From the IMG/VR virus record IMGVR_UViG_3300045988_160359, positions 1 through 53,569 of that record: a stretch of 53,569 nt of DNA. One strand, 5' to 3'. Below the pieces are notes generated by a model. It was not told where the DNA came from. It saw nothing but the letters and a program-made list of their open reading frames with translations, and made no database searches. The stretch is from a virus. Made by a program: the position numbers and the translations under genes. Below are positions 27,009-39,768 of this stretch, piece after piece (position 1 is the first letter of the stretch; each line of letters starts with the position of its first letter).

Positions 27009-28205
27009 ATGACTGTAGATAATGATAAAAAAGTATATTATTGCGAACGATGTAATAGAACTATGGGCGCTGACCAGTTTTATACATCTAATAATTTAGA
27101 AAAATATCCAAATGATGGAAAACTCCCTCAATGTAAAAAATGTATTACAATGCTTGTAGATAATTGGAATCCAGAAACTTATATGTGGATTCTACAAGAA
27201 ATTGATGTACCTTATGTTCCAGATGAGTGGAGTAAATTAATGGTAAAATATGGACAAGATAAATCTAAATTAACTGGTATGAGTATTTTAGGTAGATATT
27301 TGTCCAAAATGAAACTTAAACAATATAGAGATTATCGATGGAAAAATTCTGAGTTTTTATAGGAAGTGGCTAATAATAAATTAGAACAAACTATGAAACG
27401 ACAAGGCTATGATGCCCAGCAAATAGCAACAGCTATTGCTAAATCTACTGTCGCTATCCCAGAAGAAGAATTAAAACCTTACACTCCTGAATTACCAGAA
27501 CGTTTTAGAGATGGTGATGATTATTTTGATCAATAGAATGGTATTGAATATGATCCAGCAGATGACCTCGATTTAACAGAAGAAGATATTTTATATCTTC
27601 GTATGAAGTGGGGTAAAGCGTATAAACCCGAAGAATGGGTTAAACTAGAGCAACTCTATGAAGAAATGATGAGTTCTTATGATATCCGCGGCGCTGGCCA
27701 TATTGATACATTAAAATTAATTTGTAAGACATCCTTAAAAGCAAACTAGTTGATCGATATTGGTGATATCGAAGGTTTCCAAAAGATGAGCAAGGTTTAT
27801 GATAGTCTAATGAAATCAGGTAATTTCACCGCCGCTCAAAACAAAGCAGATACAGGAGAAGCATTTGATTCTATTGGAGAATTAGTGGCCATGTGTGAAA
27901 CTGAAGGATTTATTCCTCGGTATTATATGGAGGGACCAAAAGATAAAGTTGATGAAACTTTACAAGATTTAAAGAATTATACACACACATTAGTCACTGA
28001 AGAGATGAATCTAGGTAATCTCATTGAAGGGGCTATTAAGAAAATGCAAGAAGAAGAAAATAAAGAAGAAGACCAAGATATTGAAGAAGATTTAACGATG
28101 GAAGAAATCGATCATCTTAAAGATGAAGATTTAATTGAATATAATGATTTCCTTGAGGAAGAGTCTGAAATAGATGCTTAGACTTTAAGGAATTTAGAAG
28201 GATAA
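27009..28205 (+). CDS. Putative terminase small subunit (N-terminal CxxC...CxxC zinc ribbon, acidic C-terminus; 3 in-frame TAG)
   Basis: The call rests on its position directly upstream of terL. Track ORFs 27009..27362 and 27750..28181 share one frame. Confidence 0.35.
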
Positions 28206-28206
28206 T

Positions 28207-29940
28207 ATGGCTTTATAGGATTTACTTGATTTATCTTAGAAGCGTAAAAAGATTGGAATTTCAGAGGACCGTCTTCGTGCGATTATACCAGAAGCAAGAT
28301 AGTACATAGCCTTTTGGAGAGAATATCCAGATATGTTTATCGACTTCATGGCAGGACCTGATGGCGGCCCTCAACATTTTAAACTCTATTTTTATTAGAG
28401 AATCTTTTTGCGCGCTGCGATGCGTCATAAATATATTTATGCTGTATTCCCTCGTGCTTATTCAAAATCTTTTTTATCAATGATGGTCTTAATGTGTCGT
28501 GCGATTCTATATCCTAGATGTAAATTATTTATTACTTCTGGTGGTAAAGAACAAGCGGCTGGAATTGTAAAAGAAAAAGTTCAAGAAATTTGTACTCTTA
28601 TTCCTGCATTTTAGAAAGAAATAGATTGGCGTCGTGGTTAGACACTTGAAGGTAAGGATTATGTTAAATATGTATTTAAAAATGGTTCATATTTTGATAA
28701 TATTGCTGCAAGAGAATCTTCTCGTGGTAAACGTCGCCATGGTGGTTTAATTGAAGAGTGTGTTGGCGTTGATGGTGATATTTTATCACAAGTTATTATT
28801 CCTACAATGAATATTTCTCGTATGTGTATGGATGGTACTACTCAACCTGATGAAACTCTTAATAAATCTCAAATTTATATTACTACTGCTGGATATAAAA
28901 ATACTTTCCCCTATGATAAATTAATCCAATTATTAGTTTGGGAGATTGTTAAACCTTAGCAATCTATTATTATGGGTGGTACTTATCGTATTCCTGTTTT
29001 AATGAAATTGTTAGATGCGAATTTTATTAAAGACTTAAAAATGGACGGAACGTTCAATGAAAGTTCATTTGACCGAGAGTATGAAAGTAAATGGTCTGGC
29101 ACAGTAGAAGATGCATTTTTTAATGCTGAAATATTTGATAGAAATAGAATATTAAATTAGCCTGAATATGAAGCATCCGGGCGTAATTCAAAATTAGCAT
29201 CTTATGTACTTGCTGTCGACGTTGGCCGTAAAGGATGCGATTCAGTTATTTGTGTATTTAAAGTAACTCCACAATCACAAGGTGGTTCAATTAAAAGTTT
29301 AGTAAATATATATACATTATCTGATGAACATTTTGAAGACCAAACTATTAAATTAAAAAAATTATATTATAAATATAATGCTGATAGAATTGTAATTGAT
29401 GGTAATGGTTTAGGAATTGGTTTAATTGATTATATGGTTAAGACATAGATTGACCCTGAAACTAATGAAATTTTCCCTGATTTTGGCGTTGTTAATGATG
29501 ATGATTTATTTTATAAAAAATATAAAACATCTAATACAGTATTAGATGCTATGTATATTATAAAAGCTAATGCGCCACTTAATACTGAAGCTCATGCGAT
29601 TGCCAAATCACAACTTGCTTCTGGAAAAGTGAAATTTTTAATTGATGAGCGCGTAGCAAAAAATAAACTTCTTGCTAAAAAGAAAGGTCAAACCATGACT
29701 CCAGAATAGAGGGCAGAAGAATTAAAACCATTTACATTAACTTCCATATTAAAAGAAGAAATGATGAATTTGCGTGAAGAAACTGAAGGAGTAAATATTA
29801 TCCTGAAGCAAGCAAATAAAAGTATCCGAAAAGATAAATTTTCTGCTTTTGAATATGGACTATATTATTTAAAATTAGAAGAAGATAAAAAGAAGAAACG
29901 TAAAAAGTTTAATGCTAAAGATTGGTGTTTCTTAAATTAA
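28207..29940 (+). CDS. terL: Terminase large subunit (~577 aa) with about 10 in-frame TAG codons
   Basis: Walker-A-like VFPRAYSKSFL. Nuclease-domain motifs LAVDVGRKGCDSV and IVIDGNGLGIGLIDYM. Track ORFs 28408.. and 28972.. lie in the same frame and are separated only by TAGs. Confidence 0.75.
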
Positions 29941-29950
29941 GGAGGTAATT

Positions 29951-30307
29951 ATGAGAGCGTCTAGAGGCGAAATTAAAATTGAAGAGATTTTGCGACAAGC
30001 TGAATTACCATTTAAGATGGAGTATATTTTCCCAGATTTGAAGGCACCAAGCGGTAGACCTTTACGTTTCGATTTTGTCGTTTTTGATGATGATGGTAGA
30101 ATTGATTTTATTATTGAATATTAGGGTAAATAGCATTATGAGCCTAGTGCGAAATTTGGTGGTAAAAAAGGTTTATATCAACAACAATATAATGATAATC
30201 AAAAACGACGTTTTTGTGCTTTACATGATTTTAAATTAATAGAGATTCCTTATACAGATGAAAATCTTATTACATATGATTATATAATGCAATTAGCTGG
30301 ATATTAA
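29951..30307 (+). CDS. Small nuclease-like protein (possible PD-(D/E)xK/DUF559-like) between terL and portal, with 2 in-frame TAG
   Basis: RFDFVVFDDDGRIDFIIEY-x-GK-x-HY has an FDF...IExDG-H pattern. The RBS is GGAGGT. Confidence 0.4.
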
Positions 30308-30319
30308 GGAGGTGGAATT

Positions 30320-31981
30320 TTGGATACTAAAGAATTATCACGTTAGGAAATCATCCACTCCAAAGGATTTAATATCAGCAATGGAACAAGTGATTATCGA
30401 ACTGCTGATCCAACAGAATATCGTAAGATAAAAGTTGGGGTTCAAACATTAGATGATGCTGTATTAGATTTAGGGTCATTCGCTCGATTATATCCTAATC
30501 GCCGCGGTCCATGTCGTATGGTTACTAAAAATGATGTATTACGAGCTATGATAAATCGTGATATTGTTGAAATGCGTAGAATTTCTAATTTATTTTATGA
30601 TATTAGCGGTATTTATGAGCGAGTATGTAATTATTTTGCTTATTTGTATAGATATGATTGGTATGTTGCTCCAGAGATTTTAGATGATACAGTAAAAGAT
30701 GAAAAAGTTTTAAAAGATTTTTCAAAGTTATTAAATTACTTAGATAATACTTATATTAAAAAAATCTGCGGTGATATTGCTCAAAGTATTATGAAAAATG
30801 GTTGTTATTATGGATATATAGTACAATCTGCAAATAGCTTAATGTTACAAGAATTACCTGCTAGTTATTGCCGCTCTAGATACTTTGTGGCTGGTATGCC
30901 AGCGATTGAGTTTGACATGCGGTTTTTTGATTAGTTTCCAGATCCTAATTATCGTATGCGCGTATTAAAATTATTCCCCGAAGAATTTTAGCGCGGATAT
31001 GTTTTATATAAGAAAGGAAAATTACTTCCTGATATTAAGGGAGATTATAGTGGAAGTTGGTATTTACTATCTCCAGAATTAAGTGTAAAATTTAATTTTA
31101 ATGGTAGTGATGCCCCGCCATTTATTAATTCTATTCCTGCTCTTATGGATTTAGATGCTGCTCAAGATTTAGACCGCAGAAAACAAATGTAGAAGTTGTT
31201 AAAAATTATTGTTCAAAAACTTCCAATGGATAAAAATGGCGATTTAATATTTGATATTGATGAATCTCGTGATATACATAATAATGCTGTTGCTATGTTA
31301 TCAAGAGCTATTGGTGTTGATGTTTTAACAACATTTACTGATGTTCAATCTATTGATTTATCAGATAAAAATACTACAACTACTACAGATGATTTAGCAA
31401 AAGTTGAACGTACTGTTTATAATAATTTAGGTATTTCTCAAAATCTATTTAATACTGATGGTAATTTATCATTAGAGAAGTCTATCCTTAATGATGAATC
31501 AACTGTTAGAAACTTGTTGTTGCAATTTAACATTTTTTTTGATAGAATAGTAAAGATGAAAGTTGCGAACAATAAGAAATATAGTTTTAAATTTTATATG
31601 CTTGAAACTACACAATATAATTATAAAGAAATGTCAAAATTATATAAAGAACAGACGCAACTTGGTTATTCTAAGATGCTACCTCAAATTGCTCTTGGTC
31701 ACTCTTAGAGTTTTATTTTAAATACTGCGGTATTTGAAAATGATGTGTTGAAATTAACTGAAATTATGATCCCACCATTAATGTCTTCTACTATGAGTAG
31801 TCAAGATGTTTTGGGTAATAAAGGTTCAAACAATTAGAATAAAACACAAAATAATTCAGGAAGTAGTAATCAATAGACTACTACAAAACAGACTACTGAA
31901 ACAAAATAGTCTGGGCGACCTGAAAAGGCTGATGATTAGAAAAGTGAAAAAACCATAAAAAATAAAGAGTCAATGAATTAA
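30320..31981 (+). CDS. Putative portal protein (~553 aa) with about 8 in-frame TAG codons
   Basis: TTG start 7 nt after AAGGAGGTG. Track ORFs 30518.. and 31196.. lie in one frame. The call rests on size and the terL-portal gene order. Confidence 0.5.
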
Positions 31982-31992
31982 GGAGGTAAATC

Positions 31993-33582
31993 ATGAAGCA
32001 TCAAAGTATTAAACTTGAAACGCCTTGTGAATTTATTAATATAACTCCTATTAATCCTTTGATTTCTAAATGCCAAATTAAAGTTTGCTACGTTGGGGAT
32101 AAACCAAATCGCAATCGAAGCATTATTTCTAAAGAAACTGCGAGGGAGATGGCTAATAGTCTCCCTGGCAGTCCTATTGTTGGTTTTTACAATAAATCTA
32201 ATGGAGATTTTGAGGAACACAATAGAATTATTGATATTTCAAATGGAAAATTTGAAATGAAAGACACTACTAAACCTTACGGTTTTGTAGATTTAGGTGC
32301 CAAGGTTTGGTTTTAGAAATTTTTAGATGATGGCGTTAATGAACATGAATATCTTATGACTGAAGGATATTTATGGACCGGCCAATATCCAGAATGTAAG
32401 CGCATCATTGAGCAAGGCAATAATCATTCTATGGAGCTCGATGAAGGCACTTTAGATGGAACTTGGACGAAAGATAATAATGGAAAGCCGTAGTTTTTCA
32501 TTATTAATGAAGCAATTATTTCTAAACTTTGTATTTTAGGAGAAGAGTGTGAACCTTGCTTCGAAGGCTCCTCTATTACAAAGTTTTCTCTTTCATTTGA
32601 TGATAGTTTTAAAAATGAACTATACTCAATGATGAATGAACTAAAAGAATTATTAAAAGAAGGAGGAGCAAAAGTGTTTAATAGATATGCCGTAGAAATC
32701 GGAGATTCTCTATGGAGTGCTTTATGGGAATATGTAAATAAAGCTTTCCCTGATGGCTCTAACAATTATTGCTCTAAATATCGTATTGAAGGTGTTTTTG
32801 AGGATAATAGTCAAAAATTTGCTATTCTTCAAGATCGCGGAGATATGAAATATTATCGTTTAAACTTTTCTTTAAATGATTCTGATGGTCTTGTTCCTGG
32901 TGAAGGTTTAATTGAAGTGACTAAATCTTATACTCCAGCAGCAGAGCCTCAGTTTGCTTTAGATGCGGTTGAAGCTTATGAAGCCGAATTTAAGAAAAAG
33001 CAAGAAGAAGAAGAAAATAAAAAGGCAAACGATGATAAGGGCGATAATTCTGGCGACCCTGAGAACAAAAAAGATGATGGTTCTTCTAAAAATAATGGTC
33101 AAAAGTCAGAAAATGAAGATGACGATCCTTCAGAAGATGATGAGGATAAAAAGAAAAAGAAAAAGTATTCCTTGGATGAAATTGAAGAATACGTTAGCTT
33201 AAAGGCAGAATATGAAGAATTGCAAAATAAATTTAGTTTATTAGAGGCTGAAAATAAAACTCTAAGTGAAACTAATACTTCTTTAACTGAGTTTAAAAAT
33301 AGTATTGAACGCAAGGATAAAGAAGCTATGATTCAATCATTCTATATGCTGTCTGATGATGATAAGAAAGATGTTATTGATAACATTGATAAGTATTCTG
33401 TTGATGATATTGAAGCAAAACTTTCTGTTATTTGTGTTCGCAACAAGGTTAATTTTAACCTTGATGATGATAATAATGATAAAGGCCCAACTACCTATAA
33501 TTTAAGCAATTTAGATGATGACAGAGATGCTGGAATGCCAGCTTGGGTCAAGGCTGTTCTAGAATCAGCCAATAAAAACTAA
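31993..33582 (+). CDS. Putative scaffold (or protease-scaffold) protein with an acidic low-complexity and coiled-coil C-terminal half, and 2 in-frame TAG
   Basis: 31993.. and 32629..33582 share one frame. It has a KKQEEEENKK...EDDEDKKKKKK stretch and heptad-like LQNKFSLLEAENKTL. It lies between the portal and the capsid genes. Confidence 0.4.
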
Positions 33583-33600
33583 TAAGGAGGACATACTTAA

Positions 33601-34536
33601 ATGTTTAAGGATTTTTTAAATTCTCGTTTAGGCGTTGGTAAAAATCCACCTAAGTCACAGGCTAAGTATGTTGAGTTTGGTTATGGTCAGGTTGAGCCAA
33701 ATCACCTGTCTGCACAAAGAACCGCTCAAATTTATGCTCAGTTGCCTGCTAACAAGGATATTAATATTCTTGAAAATGGCCAATTTGTCAAGTATGATTA
33801 CGCTGCTAATGCCAATGGTATTGGTGAAGTGAATTTTACTGGCAAGGGCGAGTGGATGCTAGTTTATAATGAGATTAAGTTATATCGCGATCATCCTGAT
33901 GGAACTAAGCAGTGGGATTGCGAATTTGCTATGCTAAAGGACGACTATCAGGCTCGTATTTATTCTCCATACGATTGGGAGCATACCGAGGTTGAATATG
34001 GTGGACGTTTCTGGAATGGTGTTGATGAAACTGGTGCTGATCACAAGGTGCTTGAGCACACTGTTGCTTTAGACCAGGGTCTAAAGACTGTTACCATCGC
34101 TGGCGAAGTTTATGATGTTAAGGACAATAAGTTTACTTATAATGGTGTAGAGTATGAGATTGATCCTAAGACCAATCAGACTAAGACTCCTGTGCCTGTA
34201 AAGTATACTTATGATAAGGTTCTAACTGATGTTGCTGACATTTACGAAGAGCTGACTTGGACTAATGATCCATATAAGAAGCTTGGTGTTTATCATGAGA
34301 AGCGCATGACTCCAGGCACTGCAATGGTTCCTCGTGTCTTTAAAACTAATGTTGGTGATCATTATACTACTAATATGATTAATGAAGATAGTGTTTCTGT
34401 TGGTGACATTTTAGCTCCAGCAGCTGCTGACGGAATTCTTGTAAAAGATGAGAGTCAGGATATGAAGTGGCAGGTTGTTAAGGTATATACTATGCCTGAT
34501 GGACAACGTGGCGCTAAAATTCTACGTATTGCGTAA
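33601..34536 (+). CDS. Head protein (311 aa), TAG-free
   Basis: Intact ORF with a strong RBS AAGGAGG and higher GC than its neighbours. Confidence 0.45.
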   Translation: MFKDFLNSRLGVGKNPPKSQAKYVEFGYGQVEPNHLSAQRTAQIYAQLPANKDINILENGQFVKYDYAANANGIGEVNFTGKGEWMLVYNEIKLYRDHPDGTKQWDCEFAMLKDDYQARIYSPYDWEHTEVEYGGRFWNGVDETGADHKVLEHTVALDQGLKTVTIAGEVYDVKDNKFTYNGVEYEIDPKTNQTKTPVPVKYTYDKVLTDVADIYEELTWTNDPYKKLGVYHEKRMTPGTAMVPRVFKTNVGDHYTTNMINEDSVSVGDILAPAAADGILVKDESQDMKWQVVKVYTMPDGQRGAKILRIA

Positions 34537-34553
34537 GAAAGGAGAGAAGAATA

Positions 34554-35660
34554 ATGTTAGATAGAAACAATTTAGTTGCTTTAATGAAGACTGTTGCTAA
34601 GGCTGATCCTTCTTCTCCTGTGGCTTACAGTTATAATGGTCAGAACCTTTCTTATGAGGCTCTGAACGATACTTTACGTAATGAGATGAATGAGCTAGCT
34701 GGTACTAATGCTCTATATCGTGAAAATAAAAATTTAATTTTCTCAATGATTGAGGAGACTTTGGATGAAGTTCTTCCTAAGAAGGTTTCTCAATCTTATG
34801 AGCAGTTTGCTGAAGTTAAGCAGTTTGCTCAGGGTGATAAGCCTATTTTCCGTCGTCCTCTAAATACACGCGCACGTGCTAAGCAGTTTGTGACTCGTGT
34901 TGGACTGGCTGGTATCTATGAAGTCTTCAAGCTGGGACCTGCTGAGAACGAGAGCTTTGAGGTTCGTACTTCTGCTATCGGCGGAGCGGCTCAAATCGGC
35001 TTCGAAGAGTTCTTAGATGGTCGTGTTGATTTTGCTGAAGTTACCAAGATTATTATGGATGGTATGGATGAACTGATTTACAAGGAAGTTGCTTTGGCTT
35101 TGAAATCTTCTATTAATCAGCTACCTCCTGCTAACCGTGTTGCTGCAGCTGGTTTTGATGAAGGTGCTATGGATCGTTTGATTACCATTGCTTCTGCTTA
35201 TGGTACTCCTACTATTTATTGTACTTATGAATTTGCTGTTCGTATGATTCCTAATGAAGCTTGGCGTTATACTGAAGCTATGAAGACTGAGCTGTGGAAT
35301 ACTGGTCGTTTGGCTACCTATAAGGGGACCAAGGTTGTTATTCTAGAGCAGGGCTTCGAAGATGAAAGTAATACCCGTAAGGTTATTGATCCTGGTTATG
35401 CATGGATTATTCCTACTGGTGTTGATGGCAAGCCTGTAAAGATTGCTTTCGAGGGCGGAACTATTGTTGATGAATTCAGCAATTATGATCGTTCTCGTGA
35501 GATTCAGGTTTATAAGAAGGTCGGCGTTGGTTGTATGTTGGCTAACAACATTTGCTCTTATGTTGATACTTCCTTAATGGGTCAAATGTATACTTGGAAT
35601 TATGATGGCATTACTGGTAAGGTTGTTACCTATGATGGCCGTAAGAGTGGTACTATTTGA
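34554..35660 (+). CDS. Putative major capsid protein (368 aa), TAG-free
   Basis: Size, position after the scaffold gene, strong RBS GAAAGGAGAG, GC-richer codon usage and a very strong terminator immediately downstream. Confidence 0.55.
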   Translation: MLDRNNLVALMKTVAKADPSSPVAYSYNGQNLSYEALNDTLRNEMNELAGTNALYRENKNLIFSMIEETLDEVLPKKVSQSYEQFAEVKQFAQGDKPIFRRPLNTRARAKQFVTRVGLAGIYEVFKLGPAENESFEVRTSAIGGAAQIGFEEFLDGRVDFAEVTKIIMDGMDELIYKEVALALKSSINQLPPANRVAAAGFDEGAMDRLITIASAYGTPTIYCTYEFAVRMIPNEAWRYTEAMKTELWNTGRLATYKGTKVVILEQGFEDESNTRKVIDPGYAWIIPTGVDGKPVKIAFEGGTIVDEFSNYDRSREIQVYKKVGVGCMLANNICSYVDTSLMGQMYTWNYDGITGKVVTYDGRKSGTI

Positions 35661-35689
35661 TTAAAACCTTAATATAACTATTGTTTAAG

Positions 35690-35728
35690 GGGAGAAGGGA
35701 TTTACTCCCTCTCCCCTTATTTTTTTTA
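35690..35728 (+). terminator. Strong rho-independent terminator after the capsid gene
   Basis: ggggagaagggatttactccctctcccc followed by ttatttttttt. Confidence 0.65.
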
Positions 35729-35748
35729 GAGAAAAAGGAGATAATAAA

Positions 35749-36336
35749 ATGATTCATTCTGAAGATATGTTTAATGTAAAAAATAGAAGTACTAGTGTTG
35801 TTGTATATAGAATTCCTGAGAGTAATTTGAGACGTGAGTGGGCACCTGGTGAAGTAAAGCGCATTCCATTTAGTGAATTAGAAAAATTGACTTATCAACC
35901 CGGTGGTCGTGAGTTAATTGCTAATTTCTTACAGATTATGGAAAATGAAGTTACTGATGATTTAAATGTCCATCGTGAGCCTGAATATAATATGTCAGAA
36001 GAGCAAGTGCGTGATTTAATTCTTAGTGGTTCTATTGATGCATTTTTAGACGCTCTTGATTTTGCTCCTATTGGGGTTATTGATTTGATTAAAACCATGT
36101 CTGTTCAACTACCCATTACTGATATGGCTAAGCGTGAAGCTCTAAAAGCTAAAACTGGTTTTGACGTAGATAAAGCTATTGAAAATGACCGTGCTAGTAA
36201 AGAAGATGATAAAAAGGAAACTATCGCAGATAAGCCAGCTGAAAGACGTGTTACAGAATCTGCTCCCGCAGGACGTCGTACATCTGGAAATGCTTACAAA
36301 GTAGTAAAGCAAGCTGAAACTAAATCTGCTGAATAA
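35749..36336 (+). CDS. Structural protein (195 aa), TAG-free
   Basis: Intact ORF with RBS AAGGAG. Confidence 0.45.
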   Translation: MIHSEDMFNVKNRSTSVVVYRIPESNLRREWAPGEVKRIPFSELEKLTYQPGGRELIANFLQIMENEVTDDLNVHREPEYNMSEEQVRDLILSGSIDAFLDALDFAPIGVIDLIKTMSVQLPITDMAKREALKAKTGFDVDKAIENDRASKEDDKKETIADKPAERRVTESAPAGRRTSGNAYKVVKQAETKSAE

Positions 36337-36357
36337 TAAATAAATAGGAGGCGTATC

Positions 36358-36945
36358 ATGGGAACTAAATTCACTGATATTTATAATCGCTTCCTTGGGA
36401 AAATTACTGATGACCTTTATATTGAATTAACTCCAGAAGACACAATTAAAGATTTGCGTGCGATACTTTTAAATATTTTACCTGAATTTGAATTTCCTAG
36501 ATTTGATATTTATGATTATACTATTGATTAGGAAATTAAATATGAAGATGAAATATTAGAAGATGATTTTGTAATTGGTCTTTTGTGGGAAGATGAAACA
36601 GATGAAGAATCAGAAATCCGCCCTCCTCGTGTAATGGTAGAACATTCATCTTTTGGAGCTGAATTAACGCCAGAGGAAATTAATATTTTAGCTATATTGA
36701 TGATGGTGAACTGGGTACAACGCCAAGTCACTTCTATTGAACACACTCGTATGAAATATAGTGGTTCAGATTTTAAAATGACTTCATAGGCTAATCATTT
36801 ACAAAAATTGATGTCTTTATTAAGTGAATGTTAGAGACAATCATTCCATATGCAACGTTTATATAAACGTCGTAAATTAGTAGAAGGGAAATACGAATCC
36901 AATTGGGGCGTATTTCATTATAAGAATTATCCTTATGATAACTAA
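36358..36945 (+). CDS. Head-tail connector region protein (~195 aa, 3 in-frame TAG)
   Basis: RBS AGGAGG. Track ORF 36583..36789 is in the same frame. Confidence 0.45.
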
Positions 36946-36973
36946 GTATCATACAGATATTTCTGATGAAGTC

Positions 36974-37234
36974 ATGGAGAAAAATATAGTAAGATTAACT
37001 AATCAACTGTGGAAATTAATCCCTATGAGAGAAAATGAAGAAGATTGGGATAAACAATTAAATACAGTTATTATTGAAGTTGCGGGCTTAAATGAAATTT
37101 TTATTTAGGACCCGCGATTTTTATAGTTGCTTAGTAAATTAGAAGGGCTAAATGTTTTAAATGATATTGAGTTCTCAATTTATAGAAAAACTGTATTTGA
37201 ATGTATTAGTTTATTATAGGAGATTAAAAAGTAA
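36974..37234 (+). CDS. Small protein (~86 aa, 3 in-frame TAG)
   Basis: MEKNIVRLTNQLWKLIPM.... The read-through frame ends in a TAATG overlap with the next gene. Confidence 0.3.
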
Positions 37235-38385
37235 TGCCAAAACGTCCAGAAAAAATGGAAAAATTATTGCCTTATGGTTTAAATACTAATAAAAGTGTAA
37301 ATCTTGTAGGGGCTCGTTTAGGTGATACAAGTATAAAAATTCCTTAGCCAGATTCAGTTGATGGTAGTTTAGATATGGCTAAAAGATTAATGAGTGCGGG
37401 TGGTTTTGCCCAACAGTAGCGAATGATCAAAGATAAACGACATTCGTTAGACCAAGCTACTAAATATTCTTATTAGGCGGCTTGGGTGCGTAAATGCGCG
37501 GCTACAGAGGTAGAAACTAAAAAAGAAAAAAATATTTTACCTCCTGTTCGAGCATTAATGAATCCTAATAAATTAAAATAGGATTATGATGATAAAGTTA
37601 TTTCAATTGGATTTGAACATAAATTTAATTGTGGAGATGTATTTGAATGGTGTAATACTGGAACTTATTGGTTAATTTATTTATAGGATTTAGATGAATT
37701 AGCTTATTTCCGTGGGGACGTTCGTAGATGTACTTATCAAATTCCATTTATGATGGATGATGAATTAAATGTAGTTTATGTGGCTAATCGAGGTCCAGTA
37801 GAAACTAAAATTGATTATATTCAAAAACATACTACCAGTGTAGACAATCCAAATTATTCTTTAAATTTATTAATTCCTAAAAATGAAAAAACTTTGAAAT
37901 TTTTTAAACGTTATTAGAAGTTTTATATTTGGCCGGAAGACGGTTCAGTTTATGATACTTGCTGGAGAGTTGAAGCTGTAAATAATATTAGCATGACTGG
38001 TGTTATTGAAGTAAATGCTGTTGAATATTATGCTAATGAGTTTACAGATGATCGAGACGCAGGATTAGCTGATGTATTTAAAATACCAGATCCAATATTA
38101 AAACGTAAAATTATAGATGATAACAAAGATAATAATAAAATTTTAAATATAGTTGGTGAAACCTTTATTAAGCCTAAAAAAGAATATGATTTTAATTTAA
38201 ATATTAAAAATGTTCGAGGAACTTGGAAAATTGAAGGCAATGATGTCCCTGTTCGAATTATTAGTGAAGGGACTAATGATAAAGGATTTTCAACAATTAA
38301 ACTTAAATGGGACTCTACTTATAGTGGTTAGTTTGATTTAGTATATGGAACTAGTCGAAAAACTATAGTAGTAGAATCATTGTTC
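37234..38385 (+). CDS. Connector/neck region structural protein (~383 aa, about 7 in-frame TAG)
   Basis: Track ORF 37993..38331 is in the same frame as the ATG at 37234. Confidence 0.45.
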
Positions 38386-38410
38386 TAATGAGTAAAAGGA
38401 GATTGAAAAC

Positions 38411-39013
38411 ATGAGAATAGACGGATATCATATTCCAAAATCAAGTTTTCTATCTATGGAAAAAGATACTGGGATTATTGTTAATGAAATATTAAAAAAT
38501 AATCGTTTAAAAAAATTATTATATTATACTAGTAGTGATGCTATGGAAAAACCTAATCTTACTGAAGATTAGTCTTTAAGTTTACTAGGAACTAATATTA
38601 AAATAGTGCCTAAATTATATGTTGATGGCTCTGTTTTAAATTATGTATTAATTAATTTTGATAATTTTATTCCCAGTGAAAATCCAGAGTTTAGAGATAA
38701 TACTATTCAATTTGATATTATATGTCATTTTGACCAATGGAATTTAAGAGATTATGCATTGCGCCCATATAAAATTGCTGGAGAGATTGATTCAATGTTT
38801 AATTTAAAAAAATTGACTGGTATTGGTTATTTAGAATTTGTGGGTGCTACTTAGATTGTTTTAAATGATGAATTTGCTGGGCTATGTTTGATGTATCGCA
38901 CTGTTCATGGTGGTGAAGATGAAAAGTATATGCCAACTTATCCTGATAAAAATAGTGGCAAAATTAAAGAGGAACAATTTATTAAAGAATTCAAGGATTA
39001 TATTAGTAAATAA
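38411..39013 (+). CDS. Structural protein (~200 aa, 2 in-frame TAG)
   Basis: RBS AAAGGAG. Track ORF 38606..38854 is in the same frame. Confidence 0.4.
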
Positions 39014-39741
39014 TGGATTACCGCTTAAGTTTAATTTGCGGAACTGATATGTTGATTCCTGAATGTAATTTAGTCGCTCATCAACCAAGGATAAAAGAAA
39101 TTTCATTTATTGGGGAATCTGATTTTTTTATTGGAGCATAGACCCTCTGTTTACATAAAACAATGTTTATAGAGGACAAAACTATTCTAGACAGTATCAA
39201 TAATTTTTAGATATTTATGACGATAATGTTATAGGATGAAACAAAGGATAAAAAAGCTAACATTTTAAATGTTTTAAATTTATTATTTCCATCATATAAA
39301 GTAAATGTGACACCAAACTCATTATTATTTATAAAAGAAGGTGTTCCTCCTATTACTGTAGATGGAAATAATTTTGAAGCATTACAAGAAGTGTTGCGTT
39401 TAATCTTTTGTATGCACAATGGCCCGATGGATTAGTAGGCTTTCAATCCTGCCAACGACAAGGCTCGTGAGATTGCTCAAAAGCTAATGCGAGGGAGACA
39501 GCGAGTTGCCGCTCAAAACGGTAATTCGAATGTAAGTGTTTTTAGTTAGTATATGTCAATCTTGACTATTGGATTAGGCTCAATGTCATTATAGGATTTG
39601 ACAAATCTGACAATGTTCCAATTATATGATTTAATGGAGAGATATACGCTATATACTGCTTGGGACCTGGATGTGCGCTAGCGTTTAGCTGGTGGTAAAC
39701 CTGAAGGGACCCCGGATAATTGGATGAAAAACATTCATTAA
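39013..39741 (+). CDS. Structural protein (~242 aa, about 8 in-frame TAG)
   Basis: TAATG start overlap. The frame is continuous through TAG codons only. Confidence 0.4.
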
Positions 39742-39768
39742 TTAAAAATACAAGGAGGAAATAACACT

